From an uncultured delta proteobacterium (GTDB lineage Bacteria; Desulfobacterota; WTBG01; CAIYCZ01; CAIRTM01), in contig CAWDSQ010000009.1 in the NCBI GenBank assembly GCA_963804955.1, positions 147 through 64,146 of the forward strand: DNA of 64,000 bases. The letters run 5' to 3'. The stretch's first letter is position 1. Each line of letters begins with the position of its first letter. Positions 39,220 through 49,414 of this stretch are shown here, piece by piece. The translations under genes were made by a program, and so were the position numbers. Below the pieces are notes generated by a model. That model was not told the DNA's origin. It worked only from the letters and a program-made list of their open reading frames with translations, and did not search any database.

Positions 39220-39675
39220 ATGGCATACGGCAAGAAAAAAATCCTGCTGAGCGCAGCGGCTGTCCTCATGGCGATACTTGTTTCAGGTACGGCCGCTGCA
39301 CAGGAGCAGCCCGCTGCATCGAATGACAGCAGCCAAAAAATAATGGTTGTCCGCATTACCAGCCTGTTGGGGATAAAGCCGGAAACAGTGCTGGTGAGCA
39401 AAGGCACGACTGTGGTCTGGGTCAATCAGCTGTCCGGGGGTGTTGAAATAGTTTTTACCGCCAAACAGGTCACCCGCGCCTGCCTGAGCCCTACGAATTT
39501 TGCCATAACAAAAGAGGGTTCGTTCAAGTCAGGCATGATACCGACCAAGGGTGTGGCAAGCCTGTGCTTCATAGAAAATGGAAAGTTCGATTATGTTGTG
39601 AGCACGCAGGCTGTCCGGGACAGCTCCCCGGCTGAACCGGTAAAGCCGCTGGCAGGCAAGATCGTGATTGAATAA
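39220..39675 (+). CDS. Secreted hypothetical protein (beta-rich, cupredoxin-like impression, no metal ligand motif seen)
   Basis: SD AAAGGAG then ATG 39220, and a signal peptide ...LVSGTAAAQE. About 151 aa. Confidence 0.45.
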   Translation: MAYGKKKILLSAAAVLMAILVSGTAAAQEQPAASNDSSQKIMVVRITSLLGIKPETVLVSKGTTVVWVNQLSGGVEIVFTAKQVTRACLSPTNFAITKEGSFKSGMIPTKGVASLCFIENGKFDYVVSTQAVRDSSPAEPVKPLAGKIVIE

Positions 39676-40220
39676 TCAGCGGTATCAGGCTTTTTAGTTT
39701 TTGAGCCACTGTGTGCATTATTGCCCCTGGGCCGGCGCAGGGAACAGCGGCAGGGGTAAAGAACGGGCGGTTGAGGCAGACATGCTCCAGCCGCATTTTT
39801 TTTATGCACAAGCGGGGCTGACTTGAATGCCATGACCGCGGAAATCGACTGGCCTGTTGTGTACATCAACACAGCAACCAATGAACCCTGCGGGTGATAA
39901 CCCGCGATGAGTGGTTCGGCAGCCTTGCCGCCAGGTATTCGCTTTCACATGTCACGGCCGGTTAGCAGTTCTTTTAGATTCCTCCGGGCAGGCTACGGCT
40001 TGTGGGAAAGGGTTCATCAGCGGTTCCAGATTATCGATCAGGGACTCATCCGTGTGCGGGCGGCAGCAGTAGCTGCAGACTTCGGTAATGAACTGCCGGA
40101 AACATACGCCCCTTAATGAAAGTGTTTTGCAAAAACCGCAACAACCACGTATACTGCTGCGAACTCTTACCAGAGCACAGGACATTGACCGGCAACCAGC
40201 AACCTTTTTTTGCGTGATGC

Positions 40221-41214
40221 ATGAATGCAATAAGCACAACAAGCCTTACCAAGCGGTTTGAATCTGTTACGGCTGTAGACAGGGTGTCCTTCGATGTCAT
40301 GCAGGGCGAGATTTTCGGGCTGCTGGGGCCCAACGGGGCCGGAAAAACGACCATTATAAAAATGCTCTCAACGCTTATGGCGCCCTACCGACGGCGACGC
40401 TGCCGTGTGGGGCTTCAGTATCAGCGCGGACAGGGATGATGTGCGGCGCTCCATAGGCATTGTTTTTCAGGACCCCGCCGTCGATGACAGCCTGACGGGA
40501 TGGGAAAATCTTGATTTTCATGCGCGCATGTACGGCATGAAGAAGGACCTGCGCACCGCACGAATCAGCGAGGTGCTTGCCCTTGTCGGGCTTGAGGACA
40601 AGGCCGGCCTGCTTTTAAAAAAATATTCCGGCGGCATGAAGCGGCGCCTCGAAATAGCCCGGGGGCTCATGCACTATCCGCGGGTGCTGTTTCTTGATGA
40701 GCCCACGCTCGGCCTCGATCCCCAGACGCGCCACCACATCTGGAAATACATACAAATGCTCAATCAAAAGGAGCAGGTGACCGTCATCCTCACAACGCAT
40801 TATATGGAAGAGGCCGATTCGCTCTGCTCCCGCGTCGGCATCATCGATCATGGCAGAATACTGGTCATCGACACGCCCGGTGCCCTGAAAAACGCCCTGG
40901 GCAATGATATACTGACCATCAAGGCCGCAGACCTTGATAGCCTCATGGCGCAGCTGGCAGCAGAGCCCTGGGTGCAGGAGGTAAAGCGCTACGACGACCA
41001 CCTGCTGGTAAGCGCACGGCAGGGCGAGGAAAAAATCCCCGTGGCTGTAGAAATCGCCCGAAAAATCGGAACGGTTATAAGCTCCATATCCATGCGAAAG
41101 CCGACCCTGGAAGATGTGTTTCTGCACTATACCGGCAAAACCATACGCGATGAGGAAGATGCCGAGTCTGAGGTGCCGCGGGGCAGGCTGCGCAAGCGGA
41201 GAGGGCCGCACTGA
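40221..41214 (+). pseudogene. ABC transporter ATP-binding protein (ABC-2/DrrA-like exporter ATPase); one frameshift as sequenced
   Basis: Walker [10 protein letters not shown] lies in the 72-aa ORF. The signature YSGGMKRRLEIA and Walker B VLFLDEPT lie in the 269-aa ORF. The frames join near 40385-40388. Confidence 0.85.
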
Positions 41215-41987
41215 TGAAGGAATGGTTTAATGTTCAGGTCATATATGCGCTGTGGCTCAGGGAAATGAAGCGCTACCTGAGAGCCCGCAGCAGAATATTC
41301 GGCTCTCTCGGCATGCCCTTCTTCTTTCTGCTGTTTCTCGGGACGGGATTTAAAAATTTCAGGCCCGACAGCATGCCCGCCCATATCGACTATCTCAACT
41401 TCCTTGCCCCCGGCATGCTCGCCGTGGTGCTGCAGTTCGGGTCCATGTTTACGGGCATGGCCATACTCTGGGACCGGCAGTTCGGATTTTTGAAAGAGAT
41501 CATGGTGGCCCCGGTGTCGCGGGTGGCACTGGTGCTGGGCAGAACCCTTGGCGGCATGACAACCGCCCTTATGCAGGGTTTTCTTTTTATTGCCGTGGCG
41601 CTTTTTGCGGGCCTGAAGCTGTCGGGTTTTGCCGGGTTTCTGCTGACCCCTTTGTTCATGATTTTTATTGCCGGATCTTTTGTGAACCTCGGCCTTGCCA
41701 TTGCTTCCCTCATGCGCGACATGCAGGGCTTCAGCATCGTGATGAATTTTATCATGGTGCCCCTGCTGCTTCTGTCGGGAGCCATGTTTCCCATAGAGCA
41801 GTTTCCCGTATGGGTTCAGTGGCTGAGCTATATCAACCCGCTTTTTTACGGGGTTGACGGCCTTCGGTACAGCCTCATCGGCATGTCTAAATTTCCGCCG
41901 CTCATCGACGCTGCCGTGCTGTTTCTTTTCTGCGCAGGCATGGTCGGGCTGGGCGCTTTTTTATTTTCCCGCTCTGATGTTGATTAA
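41214..41987 (+). CDS. ABC-2 type transporter permease
   Basis: 257 aa with 6 TM segments. The start overlaps the ATPase stop (ATGA). Confidence 0.8.
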   Translation: MKEWFNVQVIYALWLREMKRYLRARSRIFGSLGMPFFFLLFLGTGFKNFRPDSMPAHIDYLNFLAPGMLAVVLQFGSMFTGMAILWDRQFGFLKEIMVAPVSRVALVLGRTLGGMTTALMQGFLFIAVALFAGLKLSGFAGFLLTPLFMIFIAGSFVNLGLAIASLMRDMQGFSIVMNFIMVPLLLLSGAMFPIEQFPVWVQWLSYINPLFYGVDGLRYSLIGMSKFPPLIDAAVLFLFCAGMVGLGAFLFSRSDVD

Positions 41988-42158
41988 GCCTGGCATCCGC
42001 GTTATTAATAATGTGGTGATATATGAATCACGGCTTCCACGGCGGTGACAACTTTACTAAAAAATCAATTTGTAATACACCGCAAAGACCATTACAGCAC
42101 GCCTTAATTGATTCAAATGAGCGATGCGTTCATGGCTTCATCTACCACTGGGAACCAT

Positions 42159-43166
42159 ATGGGAAAAGCACAGGATTCTTTGCTCATGAGAGCAGGCAAA
42201 GCGCTCGGCGCAGCAGGCCTTGAGGTTATTATATGGTGCGTCAAGCCGCGCCGGCTACGATCGCATTATGGCGCTGGGGGATATCGCAGGAGATTTCCTC
42301 TTCGGGATACTGCGCAGGCCGCGCAGGCGCATTCATCACAATCTGCTTTTGGCTCTGGGCCAGGATCTTACCGAAGCTGCCCGCAACGAGATCGCCGGCA
42401 GGGTATTGCGGTTTTTTGCCAAAAACTGGCTTGAGCTCTTTTTTTATGCCGGAGCAAAAAAACAGGATGTCAGGGGCCGGATTACCATTGAAGGGCTTGA
42501 GCATCTGGACCGGGCTCTGGCAAAAGGCAAAGGGGTTATCGCCGTGAGCGGACATATCGGCAACTACGGCCTCCTCGGGCACACAGCTTACCGAGCGGGG
42601 CTATGACTTTACTGTCGTCATACGTGAACCGAAAAACCCCATTATCGCATCGATTTATGAAAAGGGCCGCGGCATGATGGGCCTGCGCACATTTTCTACA
42701 GACTCCCGAGCGGCAGTTTTTTAAAAACACCATGAAGGCCCTTAGCCGCAACGGCATTCTGTGCCTTATAGCCGACGAAAACAAGCGCACGGGCGGGGTC
42801 TTTGTCGATTTTTTCGGCCGCCCGGCTTCAACGCCCCCCGGCCCTGCGGCCCTTGCGCTGCGCACGGGCGCCGCCATTGTGCCCATTTTTATTACGCGCA
42901 ATCCGGACAATTCTCAGCACATCACCATCCTGCAGAGAAATGCTCGTGGCAGAAAACCGGCTGATGCCGCAGATGATGTGCGGGCAATAACGCAGCTGTT
43001 TACGGCCGTCATCGAGCAGCGCATCCGGGGCGATCTTGCGCAGTGGATGTGGACCAATTTCCGGTGGCGCACCCAGCCGGGCGGGCCGTCTGATGAGGCA
43101 AAGCTTAAAAAATCTCAGCCTGTCAAAGAAGCTGAGGAAAAAGCTGCGCAGGCTGTTGAGCTGTGA
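42159..43166 (+). pseudogene. Lysophospholipid / lipid A (LpxL-HtrB family) acyltransferase; about 3 frame disruptions as sequenced
   Basis: Fragments ...RRRIHHNLLLAL..., VSGHIGNYGLLG (HX4-acidic type motif) and ILCLIADENKRTGGVFVDFFGRPAST. Disruptions lie near 42240, 42585 and 42712. The N-terminal start is uncertain. Confidence 0.6.
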
Positions 43167-43277
43167 AGTATCGTACGAATATTTTTCTGCAGCTGCGGCT
43201 TGTATGTCGTCGAAAAAAGTCGCAGCACGGGTCTTTGCGAAGGTGGCGGGCAGCGGCATGGCAAATCTTGGTTTTTC

Positions 43278-43305
43278 GTAGGGGCTCAAAATTTTGAGCC
43301 CCTAC
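43278..43305. repeat. 28-nt perfect palindrome GTAGGGGCTCAAAATTTTGAGCCCCTAC
   Basis: A perfect inverted repeat (12-bp stem, AATT loop) in the spacer between the acyltransferase and rluA-family genes. It could be a terminator or a protein-binding site. Confidence 0.5.
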
Positions 43306-43409
43306 AACATCGTTGCAATGACAGTTTGTTTGACCTTTACGGGACGATCAACTTTAGTCGACAATAACCATGAGTCGAACCCTCTCCCGCTAATTTAATC
43401 ATATAAGCC

Positions 43410-44418
43410 ATGGCTGATTGTGCTAAAAACAGTGCCGATGAAGATGAGCTGCTTCAGCACTCGCAACCCGTCACCACCCTGAGCGGCACCGTGGCAGAGC
43501 CCTTGAACGGGCTGCGCATTGATCAGGCCGTGGCAGGGCTTTTTAAGGATATCAGCCGCGAGCGGGCAAAAAAATTCATCGCCATCGGAGCGGTATGGCT
43601 CAACGGCGTGCGCACGCAGATCGTGTCGCGCACGGTGCGCAGCGGCGACACGTATTGCAGTCTATATAGGCCGCCGGGGGGTTGACCGCTATTATGAGAT
43701 CGACCCGGCAAACATTCTCTACCGCGACGAGTGGCTGCTTTTTTACCGCAAGGAGCCGGGCGTGCCCACGCAGGGCGTGGTGTGCGACAACTACAACAAT
43801 ATCTTTGCCGGGCTGCAGCGGCACCTGAAACAGCAGCAGGAAGCCCCCGCCTATCTCGGCATGCACCAGCGCCTTGATCTTGACACCTCGGGCGTGGTGC
43901 TTTTCACCCTGTCGCCGAAGGTCAACCGCAGCATTCACTATCAGTTTAAAGATCACCGGGTGTAAAAAAATCTACCGCGCTCTCGTGGCAGGTAATCCGG
44001 GCTTTTCGGAAAAGCGCGTTCGAGAATTTTATTTACCGCCATGACGGCCGTTACCGCTGCAGCGATAGCGGCCCGGGCAAGCAGGCTGTCACGCAGTTTC
44101 GCATGCTTGCAGCCTATGATGGCTGCAGCCTTGCTTGAGGCCAGCCCGAAACCGGCCGCACCCACCAGCTGCGGCTGCAGCTGGCCCATCTCGGGCATCC
44201 CATTCTGGGAGACCGGCTCTATGGCGGGGCCCAGGCGCAGGGCCCTGCCCGCACCATGCTTCATGCCGTATCGCTCAGCGTATATTCACCCCGTGACAAA
44301 AAAAGAGCTCATCGTTGAAGCTCCGCTTTTTGATGACATGCTGCAGCTTATACAGGCCGCGGAGAGAGGCAGTTTCTTTTTAAGCAGCAGCGATCCAGTT
44401 TCAGAACAAAAACGATAG
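43410..44418 (+). pseudogene. RluA-family (RluD-like) pseudouridine synthase with S4 domain; about 6-7 frame disruptions as sequenced
   Basis: Stitched motifs: an S4-like N-terminus, HQRLDLDTSGVVLF (catalytic Asp), [28 protein letters not shown] and [15 protein letters not shown]. Disruptions lie near 43652, 43963, about 44020, 44130, 44147 and 44269. Confidence 0.75.
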
Positions 44419-44505
44419 ATTTAGTGAATATGCTTCTTGATTCTCTCGATTTTGTCTGATATATCTATTTTAAAAAGATAAATATTTAAATGAGGTACTA
44501 TTCAA

Positions 44506-46032
44506 ATGTTTAAAGAAAATGTCCTCAATCCATCCACATTCTGCATTACCTGGGAGCAGATTCCCGGCCGCGGCGCCATCGAGCGCCAGCAGGAAGAGAT
44601 TATCACCAATGCCGAAAAAGCCCGCCAGAGCGGCAAGATTCACGCAATAGGCATTACCGACAACCCCGGCGGCAACCCGGCCCTTGCCGTTGACCTGCTG
44701 TGCGCCGAGCTGAAGCGCACGGGCATGGAGCCCCTGGTGCATTTTGCCTGCCGCGACAAAAACCGCAATGCCATCGAAAGCATGCTCTACGGCCTTGAGC
44801 GCAGCCAGGCCCGCAACCTGCTCCTGCTCTCCGGCGATTACCCCTCCAATGAGGGCTTCGGCGGAACATCGCGGCCCGGTTTTTGATCTTGACCCGGTGA
44901 ATGTGCTGCAGCTGGTGGATGAAATGAACAAGGGGTTTAAGTACCAGAACATGGGCAAACCCCAGCAGCTTACGCCTACGCAGTTTTTCGCGGGTGTGGG
45001 CATATCACCCTTTAAAGCAAGCGAGTCCGAGCTTGCCGGTCAGTATTACAAGCTGCGCAAAAAGATAGCTGCGGGGGCGAAGTTCGCCATCACGCAGATC
45101 GGCTATGACGCCCGAAAGATTCATGAGCTGATGCAGTGGCTGAAGCTCAATAAATTCGACCTTCCGGTGCTTGCCAACCTTTTCGTGCTTCCTTTCGGCG
45201 CGGCAAAAATCATGAAGGCAAACAAAATCCCCGGTTGCGTCATTCCCGATGGACTGCTGGCCAAGCTCGAAGAGGAGTCAAAGGCCCCGGACAAGGGCAA
45301 AGGCGGCCGCATCATGCGCGCTGCGGAATTTTATGCCGTTGCAAAGGGCCTGGGGTGCGCGGGCGCCCATATCGGCGGCCACAATATCAGCTGCGATACG
45401 GTGCTCGAGGTGATCGACCGCGGGGAGGAGCTGTCGCCCAATTGGCGCGACGTTCTGGCGAAATTCGATTACTCCAGTGAGACAACGTTCTTTTACTATT
45501 ACAAGCGCGACGAAGCAACCACCCTTAACCGCCCGGAGGAAAACCCGAGGCCGGAGAAGGCCATTCGCCCCCTTTCCTACAGGTTTGCGAAAATAATGCA
45601 CTGGATCATGTTCGACAAAGCAAGCCCGCTGCACCATGCGATCATGGCATTCGTCCGGTTTGCCGATAAGCGCCCCGGAGTTAAAAAGGGTCTCGGCCAT
45701 TTTGAGCACGTTATGAAAGTCGCCCTGTTCGGCTGCATCGATTGCGGCGACTGCGCCCTGTTCGACATAGGCTATATGTGCCCCATGGCGTCGTGCCCAA
45801 ATCGCAGCGCAACGGCCCCTGCGGCGGCAGCTTCAACGAGTGGTGCGAGGTCCATCCAAATGAACAGAAATGCATTTGGGTGCAGGCCTATCAGCGCCTC
45901 AAAAGCAACGACGGCACCAGCGCTATTTTTGCAGAAACCTCCATTATGCCGCCCTGCAACTGGGAGCTGTGGCAAACCTCTTCATGGCTGAACTATTTTC
46001 TCGGCAGGGACCACCGCAAGGGGAAGTTTTAA
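44506..46032 (+). pseudogene. metF: Methylenetetrahydrofolate reductase fused to a C-terminal Cys-rich (MTHFR_C / MetV-like) domain; 2 frame disruptions as sequenced
   Basis: The TIM-barrel MTHFR part (HAIGITDNPGG, HFACRD) continues to CIDCGDCAL...CPKSQRNGPCGG...C.W. Disruptions lie near 44875 and 45799. Confidence 0.7.
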
Positions 46033-46055
46033 GGCCTTATCCTTCAGGAAAAACC

Positions 46056-46085
46056 AAGCCACCCGCAGTGCGGGTGGCTTTTTTA
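46056..46085 (+). terminator. Intrinsic terminator after the MTHFR gene
   Basis: AAGCCACCCGC, loop agt, GCGGGTGGCTT, followed by a T-run. Confidence 0.75.
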
Positions 46086-46111
46086 ATTGCAGGCAGCACT
46101 CAATGTAGCTA

Positions 46112-46140
46112 TTGACACACAATGCTTTGTGTAATATTTT
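46112..46140 (+). promoter_or_regulatory. Candidate vapBC promoter with embedded operator-like inverted repeat
   Basis: TTGACA (46112-46117), a 17-nt spacer, then TATTTT. The spacer holds the inverted repeat ACACAA-tgct-TTGTGT (46117-46132). Confidence 0.35.
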
Positions 46141-46159
46141 ATTTATCAGGAGGTGTGTC

Positions 46160-46357
46160 ATGGCGACTAATCTGGCAATAGATGCAGAGCTGCTGAAAAA
46201 AGCCCAGTATGTCGGCGGGCTGAAAACCAAGAAAGACACGGTGAATCTGGCTCTGCGCGAATTCATCAACCGGCACAAGCAGCAGGAGATCATCGGTCTT
46301 TTCGGCAAGACAGACCCCGACCCCGGCTATGACTATAAAAAAGGACGTTCACGTTGA
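46160..46357 (+). CDS. vapB: Type II antitoxin, VapB family (DUF2191-like)
   Basis: 65 aa. MATNLAIDAELLKKA..., SD AGGAGG, and a stop that overlaps the PIN gene start. Confidence 0.7.
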   Translation: MATNLAIDAELLKKAQYVGGLKTKKDTVNLALREFINRHKQQEIIGLFGKTDPDPGYDYKKGRSR

Positions 46358-46764
46358 GCGTGCTTGTTGATACCCCGATCTGGTCATATGCCCTGCGCTC
46401 GCGCAGCCAGCGGTTTCAGCAGCATACCGATGAGCTTGCCAGGCTCATCAGCGGCCATCAGGCACTGATCATCGGCCCTATCCGGCAGGAGATACTTTCC
46501 GGCTACAGCGACGCCGGGCAGTTTGCGCTGCTGCGTGACAAACTGGCGTATTTCGAAAACACGCCTATTTTTGACTCTGATTACGAACTGGCTGCGGAAT
46601 TTTCCAACAGATGCCGCATAAAGGGTGTGCAGGGCTCACATACGGATTTTCTTATTTGCGCTGTTGCCGCACGACTCGACACGCCAGTTTTCACTACCGA
46701 CAAAGACTTTTTCAATTACCGCAAACATCTGCCCGTTCTGCTGCACGAAACCAGGCAGGCTTAA
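46354..46764 (+). CDS. vapC: Type II toxin, PIN-domain ribonuclease VapC
   Basis: 136 aa. Acidic PIN residues in the contexts VLVDTPIW, RQEILSG and FTTDKDF. Confidence 0.8.
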   Translation: MSVLVDTPIWSYALRSRSQRFQQHTDELARLISGHQALIIGPIRQEILSGYSDAGQFALLRDKLAYFENTPIFDSDYELAAEFSNRCRIKGVQGSHTDFLICAVAARLDTPVFTTDKDFFNYRKHLPVLLHETRQA

Positions 46765-46892
46765 AGTACAGCCGTTCGTGGTGTATGGAAATATATTCCA
46801 ATAAGCCTTGGGAAGGACTTGAGTACGCCCCTAAACCCTAAGCCTGTCAGCACCTTGTTGCGTCGTGCGATCAGTTGCGTCGCGATGTAAGC

Positions 46893-47107
46893 TCAGCCGC
46901 CGCATAAGCGGTCGGCTGAGCGGGTAGTTGCGCTGCTTCTGCTGAACAAAGAAATGAGCGCATTGGTATCGACAATATACTTTTTCAACGATATTTCTCC
47001 AAGCGTGCAGTGTTTGCCCGCTTAATATCGGCCGTGATATCGCCCACGCCCGTTTTTATGGCATTTTTATATCTTAAAAAATTGCGCTGAACAGGGGTAA
47101 TAATCAC
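46893..47107 (-). pseudogene. Decayed second toxin-antitoxin pair (about 40-aa antitoxin-like ORF plus a 31-aa PIN N-terminal stub)
   Basis: Minus strand: VIITPVQRNFLRYKNAIKTGVGDITADIKRANTARLEKYR, with its stop overlapping the TTG of LKKYIVDTNALISLF... (a typical VapC N-terminus). That reading terminates inside a strong hairpin at 46891-46921. Confidence 0.3.
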
Positions 47108-47516
47108 TTTGCCTTTTTCAACCCTCCTTGTCAAGTGCATTGTTAGTAGAAAGCTTCAGGGTTGCGCGAACCGTTTAGGGAATGGTCGTCTGGAATTAAT
47201 GTAGTAGCTGATTGCATCATGGCTTCGTTGTTGAGTGACTTACGTATAGTTTCTCTAAAAGATCATATACCAGATTTTCGCCGTCAATAAAGACTTGAGC
47301 TGTTTGGATAGACATAAAAGGAACCTAACTTTTATATATAGCGCTCTATAATTGCCGTATCCTTGCCTTAAGTGCTGATTCCAGGGTTTATCAAGATGCT
47401 GTCAAATAAATTATTATTTTGTTCGATTTTATTAATATTAAGGTGTTATAAAGATATCTCTATAACAGGGGTTTTGAGGCAGTCTGAGGAGCTGCGGGCG
47501 GTCACTCAGGGGTGGA

Positions 47517-49290
47517 TTATTTTTTGCCGCTGCTCGCAATCGGGGGAATCAGATTCACCTGCTGCATGCCCCGCACCGCATTAAGCAGAAAAATCCTGCG
47601 GCATGAGGCAAGCTGCTCAACCGTAACGGCCTTTTCCATAATATCCCCCCGCTCAAGAAGAAAAGCACGCAGCGTTCCCGGCAGGAGGCCGCACCGCAGG
47701 GGCGGGGTGTAGAGCCTGCCGCGCAGGTCGACGGCAATATTTGCAATGGTTGATTCGGTAATTTCGCCTTTCTGATTATACAGAAGAACATCTGTTGCCC
47801 CCGGCGCCAGTTTGAGCGCATCCTGATAGACCTGCCGGCAGGTGGTCTTGTGGTAGAGAAACGGGTTTACGGCATCAACAGGCTGCGCTGCAAGAGCGAT
47901 GTCGGGGAAACCTGACATGCCGGGCTCAATACTGCTTGCCGTGACGGACACAGCGCCGCTTCTGCTGACAAGCAGGCGTATTCTGTGGGGCGCTCCGGGC
48001 AGACCCTTTGCGCAACGGGTAAGCTGCCTGCGAACATCTTCCACTAGTCAGCTTAAACCCAAAATATTGGGCGGACTGCCGCAGACGCCGCAGATGATAC
48101 GGCAGCAGCCAGAAGCCGCGCTCGGGTGTCCACAAAATCGTTTCAAGCAGATCAAATGCCGCAGGGGGCCGGTGCAGTATGCGGGCTTTAATGCGGCTTT
48201 CCTCAAGCTCGCTGCCGGGTTGCGAATCCCAGACAATGCCGCCGCCGATACCGTATTCGGCACGCTGCTCAGGCCGGTTGATCAGCAGGGTGCGTATGGC
48301 CACGCTGAACTGCGCGCGCCTTCCGGGGGCAATAAATCCGATTGCCCCTGTATAGATGCGGCGGGGCGAGGATTCAAGGTCGGCGATGATCTGCATGGTT
48401 CTCGTCTTCGGAGCGCCCGTTATCGAGGAGGGCGGAAAAAGAGCATTGAAAATATCCGCTACGGAGGCATGGGTTTTGGCGCGCACCGTCGAGGTCATCT
48501 GCCAGACCGTGGAAAACTGCTCGACGGTGAAAAGCCGGGGAACATGCACGCTGCCGGTAACGGCAACGCGGCCCATATCGTTTCTCACCATGTCGGCAAT
48601 CATAAGATTTTCAGCCCTGTCTTTTGCCGATGCGGCAAGCGCTGCAGCCTGCTGGCGGTCATGCTCATACCAGAGCCCCCGGCTGGCAGTGCCCTTCATG
48701 GGGCGGGATTCAAGGCGGTTGCGTTCGAGCTTGAAAAAAAGTTCGGGGGAGGTGCTGCAGATAGCCCACTGCCCCGTATCAATGAATGCGCCGTAAGGAG
48801 GATCATGGGCTGCGGTCATTTCGAGGAAAAGATCCCATGGGTCGGCATCGCATTCCGTGCGCAGCCGGTAGGTGAAGTTGACCTGATAGGTGTCTCCCTC
48901 GCTGATATGCTTTTTAATGCGGGCAATACAGGCCCGGTAGTGCCCGGGTTTGACTGTCGGCTTCCAGTGAAGATGCGACAGCCCCGAAGCGGAACCGGCG
49001 GGAAGGGATGCCAGCTCTGTTGGGGCATCATACAGGCCGAACCAGACAAGCGGGAAATTTTTGTCCGGTTTTACGACAAGCGACGGATCGAAGGCGGGAG
49101 CAGCCTCGTAGGAGACAAAGCCTGCGGCATAGAGCCCCCCGGTGTCGACGGCCTGCTCAATTTCGCGCAGTACGGGATCGACTTCATCAATATGCCGGGC
49201 AATGCAGATGATGCGGGGCTGTGAAAATGTGAGCCAGCGCCCGCTTGTATCGTCACGAAGAACAACTGTAGCGTTCGGTTCTTTTTTCAA
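47517..49290 (-). pseudogene. pabBC: Bifunctional aminodeoxychorismate synthase component I / aminodeoxychorismate lyase (PabB-PabC fusion); one frameshift as sequenced
   Basis: The 454-aa ORF is a chorismate-binding enzyme (PMKGT, GGGIVWDS). Its tail leads into the class-IV aminotransferase-fold 175-aa ORF. The frames join near 48038-48046. Confidence 0.8.
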
Positions 49291-49414
49291 TCAATGTCCC
49301 TGCAAAGCTCATAAAAAAGCAGGGGCACACTACCGGGACGTGCTCCTGTTCTTAACCAGCACAAAAAAATCTTACCCTTTTCCAACTGGCGGCGCAAGAC
49401 GATCTTTTGGTCAT

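Noticed and set aside
44136-44138. In-frame TGA inside the rluA-family gene, considered as a possible second selenocysteine codon
   Set aside because: The family has no known Sec forms. The local protein sequence is better restored ([15 protein letters not shown], matching the RluD-type motif) by two compensating 1-nt indels at about 44130 and about 44147. The region is indel-dense.
47899-49224. 441-aa plus-strand ORF overlapping pabB
   Set aside because: Antisense shadow of the chorismate-binding enzyme gene, with no motifs.
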